Assembly (NCBI GenBank): GCA_040954595.2
Contig: CM082586.2
Location: forward strand, 10,261,337 to 10,325,336
Length of the DNA stretch: 64,000 nt
Direction of reading: 5' to 3'
Source: Balanoglossus misakiensis
Lineage: Eukaryota; Animalia; Hemichordata
Position 1 is the stretch's first letter. Every line of letters begins with the position of its first letter. The notes below the pieces were generated by a model. It searched no databases. It was not told the origin of the DNA and was given only the letters and a program-made list of their open reading frames with translations. Below are positions 51,840 to 64,000 of the stretch, in pieces. The translations under genes and the position numbers were made by a program.

Positions 51840-53404
51840 GTAAGTTGTCATAATAATGTGTACAGTGAATATTTTGAAAACCAAGACTGGTACCAGTGGC
51901 ACTTCTGGGAATTGTTATGTGGGGAAAAATGAAATCAGTTTTCTCAAAAAGGAGCTTTCTTGATGGTACAAATAACATGGTCTGTGCCATTCCCAAAATG
52001 ATTTTAATGTATTGAAGACCTGACAGTCACACAGAATAAATTCAATGAACTATTTGCCCAACATGACAACTTTTCCCCACACAGATTTAGACGTGGTGGG
52101 TATGGCTGATTTGCCTCAAATCGGCCATACGCACCACATCTATTAATATTCATGATTTTACTTTTCATGTTTATGTACACTCTTATAACAATAGGAAATC
52201 TAGAGAATGGCTATTTCATCAAGTTGACAACCCCCGCATGTGTAAGTCATGTACATAAACAAAAATAGTCTGGTGTGTGGAGCCTCCTCCCTTTTTACAG
52301 GAAGTACTTTCGAAAAATGTTTATGCAATCAGTTCACACTCATGATCAATTTTGTGTCAGAATTATTGTCCAAGTCAGCATGCCATAGATATATTGATGA
52401 AATAAACATTGGGACCAATAGGATTAAGGGAGGTGTGACTGGTCCAACCTGTTCAGTTTTAGTGTGGGGGGAAAAGCTGGAAGGAAAGCAGACCTAAATT
52501 ACTGACAAAGAAATACAACAAATCTTGTCTCATTCTTATTTTCAATTCCTCTAGTTTTTCCATGGTACCAGTGTGGAAGCACTGATGATAACCTCTGACA
52601 GACAGTTTTAAATGACGACAATCATCTTACTCTTATGCACATATGCGTTAATTTTGTGTGTACAAAATAACGTCCAATCCAAATATTCTGCACAATTTTA
52701 TGTGCGTGCATTCATATAGTGGACTGCCTTCGCTTCCTTCTATATTTCTTGCATGCCAGATAAGAAGAATTTAGTTTTGTCTCTTCTTTTCACTCAATTT
52801 GCTGTCTTTTCCTAATCTATGACACAGACTATGGTTGCCGCCACCTTGTCTGTTGTTAAGACAGCACTTGTGGCATAGATAACAATTTTGTAACTAGAGT
52901 CTCTGCTTTGGCAAATGTGTGTTAGATGAACATTACACTTTAACAAAAGTCTGCTTAGAATTTAAATCATATTCTCTTCAAAATGTCTGCATCTGAGAAC
53001 ATGGTGAATTAAAGCTGAAAGCAGTGTTCACTGGGCCCAAGCAATTCCCAGGGTTCCTACAGAATGCTAAGGATTATCTGCTGTGGATACCCAAAATTTT
53101 GTCAAAAAGTTTTGATCCTAAACTGATCTATGTCCTACAAAATCTAAACTTCTAGATCTATTGGTTAGCCTAGAATTAGGAGTGTACATAATTAATTAGG
53201 TCAACAGGGGTCTTGAAACTAACCATCAATTTTAGACACAGCCTAAATCAATTTCCCATTGTACAGTAACTAACTATATGCCGCCCTAAATTTCAGTCTG
53301 ATTGACAAATGTAAAGAAAATTAAAAAGAAGTGTCTCCTGATACATTGCCATTTGCTGTGAAGTGACTTTAAAAGAAAACTGTTTTGTTTGTATTTAACT
53401 GCAG

Positions 53405-53548
53405 CAGCAGCAACAAGCCAGCGGAACAAAAGCAACCATTCCACCACCACAACAACAAACATGGCAACAACAACAACAACAGCAACAGTTATCAGAACAA
53501 CAACAACAACAGCTGTAACTAGGACAACAGCCACGGCCGCGACCACAG
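53405..53548 (+). pseudogene. Poly-Gln exon with in-frame stop (3' end uncertain, may run to ~53653)
   Basis: ACTGCAG acceptor in phase 0, matching the previous exon. Reads QQQQASGTKATIPPPQQQTWQQQQ...QL*LGQQPRPRPQ, with TAA at 53516-53518. Confidence 0.65.
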
Positions 53549-54349
53549 GTACCTCAGATGGACTTGGCACCCAGCATGCAACAAACACTGCAACAATCAT
53601 GTAGTAATCTGCTGGCTGTTGACATGAGTCTTTTTGATATTCCGAATCAATAAATTCTTACAGGAAACTGACTATAATGAACAGGAGACTGTTCATGCCT
53701 TCATTACCGTTGTAACTTCTATATACTAAATGAAACCCAGATGCCCAAAGAAATGTCAGAAAATTCTCAAGGTTTTTTCCAGACAGTCAAGTATTGGGGA
53801 TTTGGAATATTTATCACTCTCATTTACTGTATACAGACATATCCATTCCAAAGCTATCACCTCCACTCATTCTTCAGTGTTCCTTGATTTAAAAAAAAAA
53901 ATTTAAACAGATCAAATAACACGAAATTGTTATTCCAGTGTAGTAACATAATATACTCGGTCTGTACTAATTCTTGCATTAGCTTTACATTGTTTCCATC
54001 ATAATGCCTTATTTCAATATAACCATATTTGTATGCTGGGAGGATGTAACTAGTTGTCAGTGTCTATTGTAATACAAAGTATGCCATACACAAAGCAACT
54101 GTGCATTGTCTTCTGGTGTGAAAAAATGATACTTAGGATGTATGTAAAATGGGAAATTTTCATGAGAGATAAATTCGCCCGAATCATGCAAGTGCTAAAA
54201 AAACACGAAACTAAAAAGTCGCGTAAACATGTTTTTCAGAAATAATGATGAATTGAAATTCGAGAATGCGAAAATTAATCGTTGCATAACAGTTGCCACA
54301 TTTGATATTATGAAAATTTCCCGTTGCGAAAATTTCATGTTTTACAGTA

Positions 54350-54720
54350 TATAGCCATATTTTTTCCACTTCCAAAACTAACATCAAGAGTGATGCATGC
54401 CACTGGCCCAATAAAGCCTGATAGCTCTTGCTGGGAATTGTGATGTAACTACCATCCCCCTTAAAGTCACTGACATAAACTGAACAATGGCGATTGTGTG
54501 TAAGGTTATAGTAAAGGCAAGGCTAATTTAAATTTAAAATGGTACCAATCCTTAATCACACATATGTATCCTTTGACCAATCATTGGAAAAACAAAGTCC
54601 GTGATTGACTTCAAAGTAATGCTAATTACATCACGATTCCCTGCAAGGGGTATCATGCTTTATTGGGCCAGTGGCATGCATAGTTTTTTGAAAGCAAAGC
54701 AGATAAAATACAGCTATATA
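54350..54720. mobile_element. Fold-back MITE
   Basis: ATGCATGCCACTGGCCCAATAAAGC (~54393-54417) is mirrored by GCTTTATTGGGCCAGTGGCATGCAT (~54657-54681), with further imperfect symmetry on both sides. Confidence 0.75.
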
Positions 54721-56689
54721 CTAGACTAATACCTTATTAACTCCTGATCATTGGAGAATGTATCTCTAAAGTTACTCTCTATCGCTCCCTCAGGGAAGAG
54801 AGCAATAGACAGCTCTTTCAGTGTCAGAACTTCCAGTTGTATACCAATCATTTGTATTACCCAATCACAGACTTTGTGTTATTGGTCATTTATCTATCCA
54901 ATTGAAACTCACATGTTCATTGGAGCATTACACCAAAGAAGTCACACTATAACAGTGACAATACAACACTTGCAAAAACATGGATTGCTCAGGTCAGCCT
55001 ATCTGGTTCCAGATTATGTGACCCAACTAATGCAGCTATAATGAATGTGTTTGGTTATATACAGAGAATTGTAGGTTGTATGAGACATGTTAATATTACA
55101 CTCTAGCATGGGGCAATGTATATTTATCATGTGAAAGCCACGAAGTCACTAGCTCTTGATGTTCATTTTCTATTTTTGTTGTTGAATAATTTGTTATGAA
55201 ATTGGATTGAAGCTGAACTCACAGCATATGTGTGGACATAACACGTTTATACGTCCATGTAATAATTTTTGTTAAAGCCAAACAATTAAATATCACCATT
55301 ATAACAAAATTAACAACAATCTAACCCCGGGGCTGTCACTAATTTGAATGGATACCGATCCAGAGTTAATGTTTCATTGGGAAGTCTAACAGTGTTTTGA
55401 AATGTCACATTGTAATTTGAAAGTTTGGGCTTGGGCAGTGACAATGACATTGTTTGTGTACACAATTTGAAATGGAGCTCTTTGAAAAGAGAAAAGTGGT
55501 GTGTGGAAAAGAATGAAGTCTTTGGGCTTATATCAGGTGCCTTCATTTGACTCTCAAGGAGAGTTTTGTAAAACAATTAACTTGTTGTGTGTCAGCATTA
55601 TTGGGAAAGATTAAGCACACACATGTATACAGGTTAGATAAAAATGGAAAATTACCATCAGCCTTTTTTCTTAGCACTCTCACCATTCACCCCCAGTTCC
55701 CTGTGTAGACATCCAACTTTTCCAACAGAAACAATGGATTTGGACCGAACCATTAGTTCATTTGAATACCGGTATGTATGTAATATCTGTATTTATAACA
55801 TACCTCATGCTAACACTGTGTCATGATTCGCCAGAATCCGTCAGGTGATAAGAAAATAGAATCGACTATGAATCCCTTGGGGAAATAGCAGAAAATATAT
55901 AAACTGGTCACGTGACCAAAGGGATATAAAAGAATCCCATGCATATACATAGTCAGTTCACCTCTGTAGCCAGACTGGCCATACATATGAACTGATGATG
56001 TCCCTGTTTTAGGCATATGGCTTGTGAAACTGTTAAACCATTTTGTTGTGTTTTGTGTTTGGTGATCGGCAAAATCCGTGACAAGCATGGTAGAATCAAA
56101 CTATTAGATGCATGTTAAGAAATATAGTCAATTATTAGGAAGTGACCATAGTTGCCAAACGATTAAAATCACATTTTTAATAACAATATTCACATGTCAT
56201 TGTTTCTACATTTCTAGAATTTCAGCCATTCATTTTATGTTTGTGTGAAGAATGACACCTTGAGGCTGTAGAATCATGTATAGTGCTGAAGGGAAGGGGG
56301 GACACGATTCCTCAATTTCTTTCATTTTGCATAAGATGCTAAGTTGGTTTAATTTTTTTCCGGATATTGCTTATATTGTACTGAAAGTTTGGTATGTTAT
56401 GCAGTTTTTAAGAAGAGCTTTTGACAAACATTTCAGTGTACTTTCAAGACTGCTAGAGTATGTACATAGTGTATGCAGCGTTAGGAAGAAATATCTTTGA
56501 TATTTTTATTCTAACAATTTTCCTATCAGGATAAACAAGTAGACAGAGATATCATGTTTGGATTTTTGCATACATAAAATAAATATTCTGATAAAATGAG
56601 TGCTTTTGTCTGTCTCTTTGATTTCAGGTGAGGATCAGCCGCTCCAACAAATGGTCTGCTTACTTCCCTTTTTCATCTGATTAAAATCA

Positions 56690-58330
56690 AATGTAGTGTT
56701 AGGCGCTGGTGATGATTTTGGCTATTCTGTTCTCAGTTGTTAGCTGGGAACTACTGGTCAGATTGCTTTGAAAAGTGGTATGCATGTTTCTTATGCCAAG
56801 ATCATAGAGCTATATAAGTTCTAAGCTAACATCGTGAATTGTCTACTTTTTATGAATGTTTTGTCTTTTAACACAATGGTAAAATATTTTCTATGAAAGT
56901 AATTGGCTGATTTCTTTAACATTTAGTATAAATCTTCCTATAGGTGTAATTGTTGCAAAGTTTGCACATTTGTAATTATGAGCCAAATTTTGCAATTTTT
57001 GGTCAAAAATCGTTTTCTCTGAAACCTCGTGCTTGTCAGATTGCTTTGGGAATTGGTAGGCATGTTCTCAGGGTTAAGCAATTGTAAGTTGTTTGAAAAT
57101 TTTGTTGAAATTTGCTTATTTGTGTTCTTGAGGTAACTTGTGATTTTCTTGTTGAAACCACTTGTCAGATTGCTTTGAACTTTGGTAAGCATGTTCTCAT
57201 CGAAGTAAGATATTGTATAATTTTGGTGATGTTTGCATTTTTGTGTTTGGCAGTTTTGGGACAGTTTTTTTAAATTAGATCATATCTATTTGTTTGGTAT
57301 TAGGTCATTAACAAAAAATTAAGTCATAGAGTTGGTCACACATATTACTTATAGCACAAGTTTGAAAAAAATGACCAGTTTGTGTCGCGTTATCTGCTTT
57401 CATTGAGGAGTAACAGCGCCCGCAAGTCAAGTGTTTATGTCACATTTGTATTGGTATATTCCAGTGGGACCTTATGAGATCGGTACGTTGCATCTGTATG
57501 GATGTATGGGAGTATGTCCATCCACATCAAAAACTTGAAGACTGCTACGCGTACAACCTCGATATTTGGTGTGTAGATGCATACCGGGTTGTAGATGGGA
57601 GTTTGTTCAAACGAAGTTGACATTGCCAAAAATATGCAAATTTTCTGGGAAAAACCTTAATTTGGTCAAAACTCAGAAACTCAGCAACCCCTGGTCATAA
57701 TGATTCTGTATGTTTTGAGGTAATACTTTGAATTTTCTATTTTTCGCATTTGTTTGTCTTTTTCTACATTTTTGTAAAAAAACTACCTTTCTGGAATTAA
57801 TCAGCCCACCTCTTTGAAATTTAGTATGGAGCTTCATATAGGTGATCTGAGTTACTAAAGTTTTGTTTAAATTGCTGCAAAATTTGCGAGCAATTTTTAC
57901 CTTTTTGATCATTTTTTAAATGTAAAACAGCTCATAGATTGCTTTGGAAATTTGCATGTATGTTTGTCAAATCAACTAGAAGAATTTAATATTATATTTT
58001 TGGGGTGATTTTTGCCATTTTTGGTCAAAACTCTTTCTCAGAACCCTCTACTCCATTGCTTTCAAATTTGATTTAAAGGTTCCTGGGTGCGTTGTCATGA
58101 TAATTTACAAAACCAATGATGAAAGTGTCAATGCTTTTTGTTGGCAATATCTTGTATTTTGGGGGCATATTTTCCAATTTTGAAAAATAATAGTTCCCAG
58201 TGTATTACTCTAAAATTGAGTTAATAGTATTGGAATTATAATGGAATCAAATTATAGGTAATTCGGAACTTTTATATTTTGTAGGGTATTTTGTTATATA
58301 CAAAAACAAAATTCATCTCCGCGACCAGCT
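56690..58330 (+). repeat. Cluster of interspersed-repeat fragments with internal GTCAGATTGCTTTGAAATTTGG-type units (HINE-like)
   Basis: Motif recurs at ~56757, 57035, 57164, 57935 and 58055, and on the opposite strand within 42.8-43.4 kb. Confidence 0.55.
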
Positions 58331-60349
58331 GTTCTTTTTGGTGCATGGACAGTGTTGGCCTGTCGATTTATCTATATTTAGAAAATTTGATCAAATTCAA
58401 ACTTGAATTGCATTGAATCAATTTTAATTCCCGCCAAGAACACTTTATTGACTACAAACGTTTGTTTTGTTGGATGGGTAAAATTTAAGACCTCTCGACC
58501 AACGCAGAGTGAAGTTTAATACTTTTGAAGTTGTCAAAATCGACTAAACAGAGCGAGAAAAACGGCAATTTGCGCTGTCGGCACATTTCTTCTCCTGCCT
58601 CGAATTATCGACACCAGGACCCCCCCCAAAAAAAAAATATCAATTATGGATCATCAAATAACTAGACTGCATCGTCCATGAAATCAAACTCGACGACAAA
58701 AAAACTTCGCCGATTCCGAGGTAAACGCATCCCGACAGGATAAGAACTCCGCTATTTGATGTCATCTGATTTCTCTGTAAACATTGGTTGGTCGTTACTT
58801 CGGGAATGGCACTTAATCTTCTCGGTTCGGCCTTTAATTTCCATGACCCCGGTTGTTTCGGCCAAGACGCAAACTGGTTCTTCACTTTGTAGTTCAGTAA
58901 AGTTGGCGAATGGGATAGTCTGTTAATGGTGAATGCAGGCCTGAACGCAGTGCTAGCGAACGGGACAAATTGACATAATAAAAGCGAGCGTGTTGTCAGA
59001 TTAGTGGGACTGTCATATCATGAACACAATACGGGAGGCGTGATAAGGGCATTATAAAGAGCGAGCGTGAAACAGACATGGAAACGATCGACAGTACGGT
59101 ACAGTGGCTGTGGGTAGAGCGAGCATGTTGCTGTGCCGAACACATTCACCATGTTTGTTAAATACAACACACACCGACTTGACCTGCGGCCGCAGCTGCA
59201 GCTTCCTAACGCGCCCTAATCCAAGCAGTTTACGATCTCGTGGATCGTGGTTGGACCAACAAAATGACCCAGAAAGAGAACCACATTAGGAAGTATTATA
59301 GGTCTGTTTCCTCAAAGTCGAATAGGTGCAAAACTTAACGCACATCAAAATGTTGCCCAGACAACGGAAGTTAGCAGTTTGCTTGCTCGGTTTGAAATGC
59401 GCGGCTGTGGTAGAAAATTACCCCCTGTTCTTTGGGACGTGAGCCACCCCCCTGAGACAATGGTGCACTCACACTCGAGAACATAGGTTTGCTATTTGCA
59501 TATACAAATGGAATATTCCTTCGAATGCGAGCATGTTCCAGTGCGTTCTAAAATAATAAAATATGCAGCTATAGCATGTATGCATATTCATTAGTGTGTC
59601 GTAATGCTAACTATGGTCTGTGATTGGGTAACAAGTCCCACTCTCCATAACAACAGGTGATCATTGACCCGTTTCCGGTGTGCGACGCCGGGTTTCGACC
59701 ACTTTCCTTCTTACTGCCGCGGGATCAAGACGTCTTTTCGGTAGGCTCATAATCCAGTCATTGCTTTTAGTACCATAGCCTATGTAGCTACGTTACCGTC
59801 GCTCGATTGTTTAGTCTGGTATTAGGTGATTTGCAGCTATCCGTTCAACACCTTGTAGTTGAACAGAAGTAGGTCTTATTCCAGAAAAAAATCCGAGCTA
59901 CGGGCGTGCAGCTAGCCATGCCTCTCGGCCATTCTGTGTATGGCTTCGCTGCTGACCCTGAGGTCATAATCGAGAAAGTCTAGACATATTTATAGGGTTA
60001 TACTCTGTGAGAATTTTATTGCTAGGCCTCTTGCCTAAGCGCACGTAGAGCCAGTGTTTGCATTTTTTTTTAATTTTACGGTTTAAACGTGGTTGGTGTA
60101 TTTTCGCTTTTCTGTTTGTTTTTTCGTAACATTTTACTGTTTACATGTTGTTGGCGTATTTTCGCTTTTCTGGTGTGATTTCCACCTCACTGTTGGCATA
60201 CTTAAACAATTATCCTAATTTTTATTGGGCAAACCGATAAAACCAAAACCACCACAAGTAAAGAAAATTGTAATCTGTTTGGTGATAACCCTTTTAGCTT
60301 TGAGAGATAACCGATTTGATGTTTTAGTAAAACCAAATTTTTGACCAGG

Positions 60350-60830
60350 GTGACAAGCATTTTTTTCTCTGAGAGTCGTGTTGCTTTGAAGCATACATTT
60401 GGATATATGGTCCCATTTGATGAAAACCTGGTTGATGAAAAATGTGCATATTTATAATTTTGTAGAATTTTTTGTCTTTTTTGGTCAAAAATTGTTTTAT
60501 CTAAAACTGCTTGTCAGATTGCTTTCAAATTTTGCAGGGTTGTTCCTTGGGAATAATTAAGTGAGATGTTTTAGAAAAATACTTGAAATATGCATATTTG
60601 CGTTTTGTGTGTGATAGTTTTGGAATTTTTCATTAAAAATTATTTTCTTTCAAACTGATTGTCAGATTGCCTTGAGCTTTGGTAGGCATGTTCCCTGAAG
60701 CGATTGACGTAAGATATTGTACAATTTTGGTGAAAATACTGATTTTTCTGAAACTGCATATGGGATTGCTTTGAAATTTGATAGTATTATTGCAATGGGT
60801 AACCCAAGTTTTGTCTGATTGTGTTGATTT
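60350..60830 (+). repeat. Same HINE-like repeat family fragment
   Basis: CTTGTCAGATTGCTTTCAAATTTT at ~60511, GTCAGATTGCCTTGAGCTTTGGTAGGCATGTTC at 60661, and GATTGCTTTGAAATTTG at ~60764. Confidence 0.55.
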
Positions 60831-63563
60831 CCCTATACTGAGACTCGCCAAGTACACTATATGTTTATATCACTAGAGAGTTCAGAATCCAATATGGCCG
60901 CCATACGAACTGGGACATACTGTGTAATCTGATTATTTTCTAAACTTGTCATATTTTAATTTCTCGATCTCACAAATAAAAATGAAATGCCAAAAACTTA
61001 GTAACTTTCGTTTCTTCCCGCTTGGTGTCCATTAAAGTCTTTTTCCTCCCACTGGGAAAGTGGCTAGAGTCAATATGTGCATAATGGCAGCATTATATGG
61101 CACTGAATAAATGGCAGGGGTGTTTACATCTCCTAATTTGTTTTCACTTAAACCATGATAAATATCTAACATTATATGATCATATTGTGTATGCAACTCG
61201 GAGATGCGTTTCACTTCAGGGTTGGAAGTTTGTTTAGTCAAGTCTGGGAAGTGACATGTCTTCAAAGTGACTGATGTTATCTGCTTAGAGCTGAATGCCC
61301 ATGGGTGTTCTTTCCTAGAAATACATTTTCTTTGCATTTCATAGACCTGTGTATAATTATAATTTCAGTTATATATTCTAATTTGTGTTTAGGTAGAGTA
61401 TGCATGGAATTAAAATAATTATTCTGTAATTACCCAACAAAAATGTTTGTCTTACAATTGTCTAGCAAGTGGGTATTTTGATTGTTAATTTGCACAGGCA
61501 ACATTATGGAAGTAGCATAAAGAGTATTCGATAATATAGCAGACCTTCTAGCCAGAAAGAAGAGCTTAGAAGATTTATCAGCTCATAATATTCCTTTAAC
61601 CAATGAACTTTATATGAACTTGCACACCTGCCTTCAAGATACAGGGATTAATGTTCAGGAAACCTTACCAGCTCTAGTACATTTATTTCAGCCAGAAATT
61701 GAATTACCAGAAAAAAAAATCAGTAATGTTACAAAGAAACAGTAAGAAAATAAATGGAGAAAGCCAGCAAGGAAGGCAGAAAAGTGGAATACATGAAATA
61801 CACAGTTTGCTTAAACTACATGTGTATGCAGTAAAAACTGTATGGTGCAAGGACGTTCAGTTTTATGATTTATAGCCAGCCAGTCTTTCCATGCATATCA
61901 TACCAAAATTAATATGAAAATCGTGTAAATGTTAATAGACTACAAGGATAGTACAAATACATGTAGACATTACACTATCCAACTTTCTCCACTTTTGATA
62001 TCTGCCCAACACAGGCAAGCAAAAGGGCCGATCTGAGAGTTTGACTTGAATGATGGCAATTTTTGCTGTCCAGAAGTAACTGTATAAAATATTTTTGGTA
62101 GTAGTATTATTGCTCAAAATACACAAGAATTTAAATATTTCCACTCACTACAGTGATTGAACTGATTTTCAGCAAATTGCAGTGTATAAACAGATATTGC
62201 CATCTAATGAAATATCAATCCAATATGGCCGCCCATTTGCAATGGTAAAATGCTAGGTTTTTCCTTTTTTGAGCGCCTGGGAATTTAAATTGTAATCCAG
62301 ATATCAAAAACTGAAGTCACTATCTGTATCTGCACATATATTGTAATATATTCTGAAAATTTCGTTACAATTAGATCAACTATGATTGAGACACGGAACA
62401 TCAAACATTGCAAAATTTCATATTTCCCATGGTGCCATGCAAAAAATAGAGAGATTTTCTTTACAAGTTTAGATGATCTCCTGTAAAACTGAAAGAAGTA
62501 TTCTTCTGTGAATCGTGCATAATTTTTTGAAAAATGTTGAAGATACTTGAGAATATCAGTATTTTTTGATGCTTTTGTACCTTGAAAACTGGTGAACCGA
62601 TTTTGATAATTTTCTTTATTATAACCTACAAAGACCTATAAAATTTTTTATCAGTAAAATAAACAGCCTTATATAATTTTACCGGTCCAGCTGTTACAGA
62701 GACCACCGGTTATTTTATTATAAACTGGTGGTAGGTCAGTGAATGCCTCTGTCTGATTGGACTAATTAGCTTGTCATACTCGCATGTATTTTCCAGACAG
62801 TTTTTGGACAAAAATCTGTTTTTTTTTAGTGCTGCTTGTAAGATTGCAGTGACACATAACACTTGATTGAGCATGGTGAATTTTTTTATGTTTCCATAGT
62901 ATTTGAATATTTTTGCCATATATGCTTGCCAATGTCGCCCGCGATTTAATTCTGGTGAATACCTAAAATCTGTGTAATCCCCAAATGGCACAACAGTTTC
63001 CTATACGCTATGTTTTAAGAAGTTAATTATACATAGACATAGTGACCTCTGGCTTACCATTTCTAGCCATCCACAACAGATACAGAGTTTGCTTTCTGTT
63101 GGAATCATGCTAACTGCTTTGGCCCCTGTAATGTTGCATGTTCCTTTAATTGTCTTCTTCATGTTGGCCATATTGGATTTTCTGATAACCTCTTAAAGTT
63201 GACATTTTTTCAAAACTACATGGCCAATCAAGTTCTAATTTACTGTCCCTTCCAATTTTTTTCAATAATATTGTTAGTGGTCATGCGACTTTGGATTCAT
63301 TATGGATTGTTGAAAAATCTCATTTAACATTTCCAAAATCTTTTTCTAATCAAGTTTTCAAGTGTATTGTGATTAGTTAAACCTTATTGGAGCCAAATTG
63401 GACTTTCTGAACTCTAATTAAAGACAAAGATTTCCTATTTCTAGCCTACTCATTTAAAGCACACATTCATTTTATTGATACGAGTCACCATATGTATAGA
63501 ATACGTTACATTTTTTGGCAAATTTCACATGTCCTTTGATTCAGATTTGTTAGAACTGAATTG

Positions 63564-64000
63564 TACTTGGATATGTCTCTTGTTAAAAAGCACAACAGTC
63601 ATGATTGTGTTCACATGAGTTTTATTGCTGCCAGGACATAACCCAAATATTTTGATAATTTTGGCAATGACCCTTGTTCTACTTGGATATGTCTCTAGTC
63701 TTGTTAAAAAGCACAACAGTCATAATTGTGTTCACATGAGTTTTATTGCTGCCAGGACATAACCCAAATATTTTGATAATTTTGGCGATGACCCTTGATC
63801 TACTTGGATATGTCTCTTGTTAAAAAGCACAACAGTCATGATTTTGTTCACATGAGTTTTATTGCTGCCAGGACATAACCAAAATATTTTGATAATTTTG
63901 GCAATGACCCTTGATCTACTTGGATATGTCTCTTGTTAAAAAACACAACAGTCATAATTGTGTTCACATGAGTTTTATTGCTGCCTGGACATAACCTACA
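63564..64000. repeat. 116-bp tandem repeat, at least 3.7 copies, runs off the window
   Basis: TACTTGGATATGTCTC starts at 63564, 63680, 63801 and 63917 (spacings 116, 121, 116). Copies are nearly identical. Confidence 0.97.

Noticed and set aside
32010-53518. Alternative genetic code (TAA=Gln)
   Set aside because: Neighbouring exons carry other inactivating lesions, and TAA ends other frames normally (e.g. 44876-44878). Pseudogene decay is sufficient.
53389-53604. Thr-rich mucin-like ORF (and Val-rich antisense ORFs at 53286 and 51685)
   Set aside because: These are alternative frames of the CAA repeats. Splice phase supports the Gln frame.

Overview
Eukaryotic (metazoan) repeat-rich DNA; the repeat content suggests a marine invertebrate, but the taxon cannot be established from this window. 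Bases 1-22295 are a ~131-135 bp satellite array (~170 monomers) with higher-order organisation and a diverged right edge. All short ORFs there are artefacts of the repeat. The rest is AT-rich intron/transposon DNA with these main contents: (i) + strand spliced exons, four calcium-binding EGF and four Gln/Pro/Ser-rich, most carrying nonsense, frameshift or Cys-loss lesions (probable pseudogene); (ii) a decayed Academ (AcademX-type) DNA transposon at ~35.8-44.9 kb with DDE transposase, XPG/FEN1-like nuclease and Cys-rich CXC tail, which carries an OTU-like cysteine protease domain inside the transposase core; (iii) four insertions nested in that ORF: a 5'-truncated L1/Tx1 LINE (14-bp TSD), a TTAA MITE (128-bp TIRs), a 615-bp CA(C/T)AGTA...GTG element with a 5-bp TSD (Transib/RAG-like signature) and a Helentron-like repeat; (iv) a spliced BEN-domain-like pseudogene inside nested DNA transposons; (v) many MITEs, L2 and SINE fragments; (vi) a second, 116-bp tandem repeat at the right end. 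No intact protein-coding gene, tRNA, rRNA or CRISPR array is supported. All domain calls come from motif recognition by eye, not database searches.
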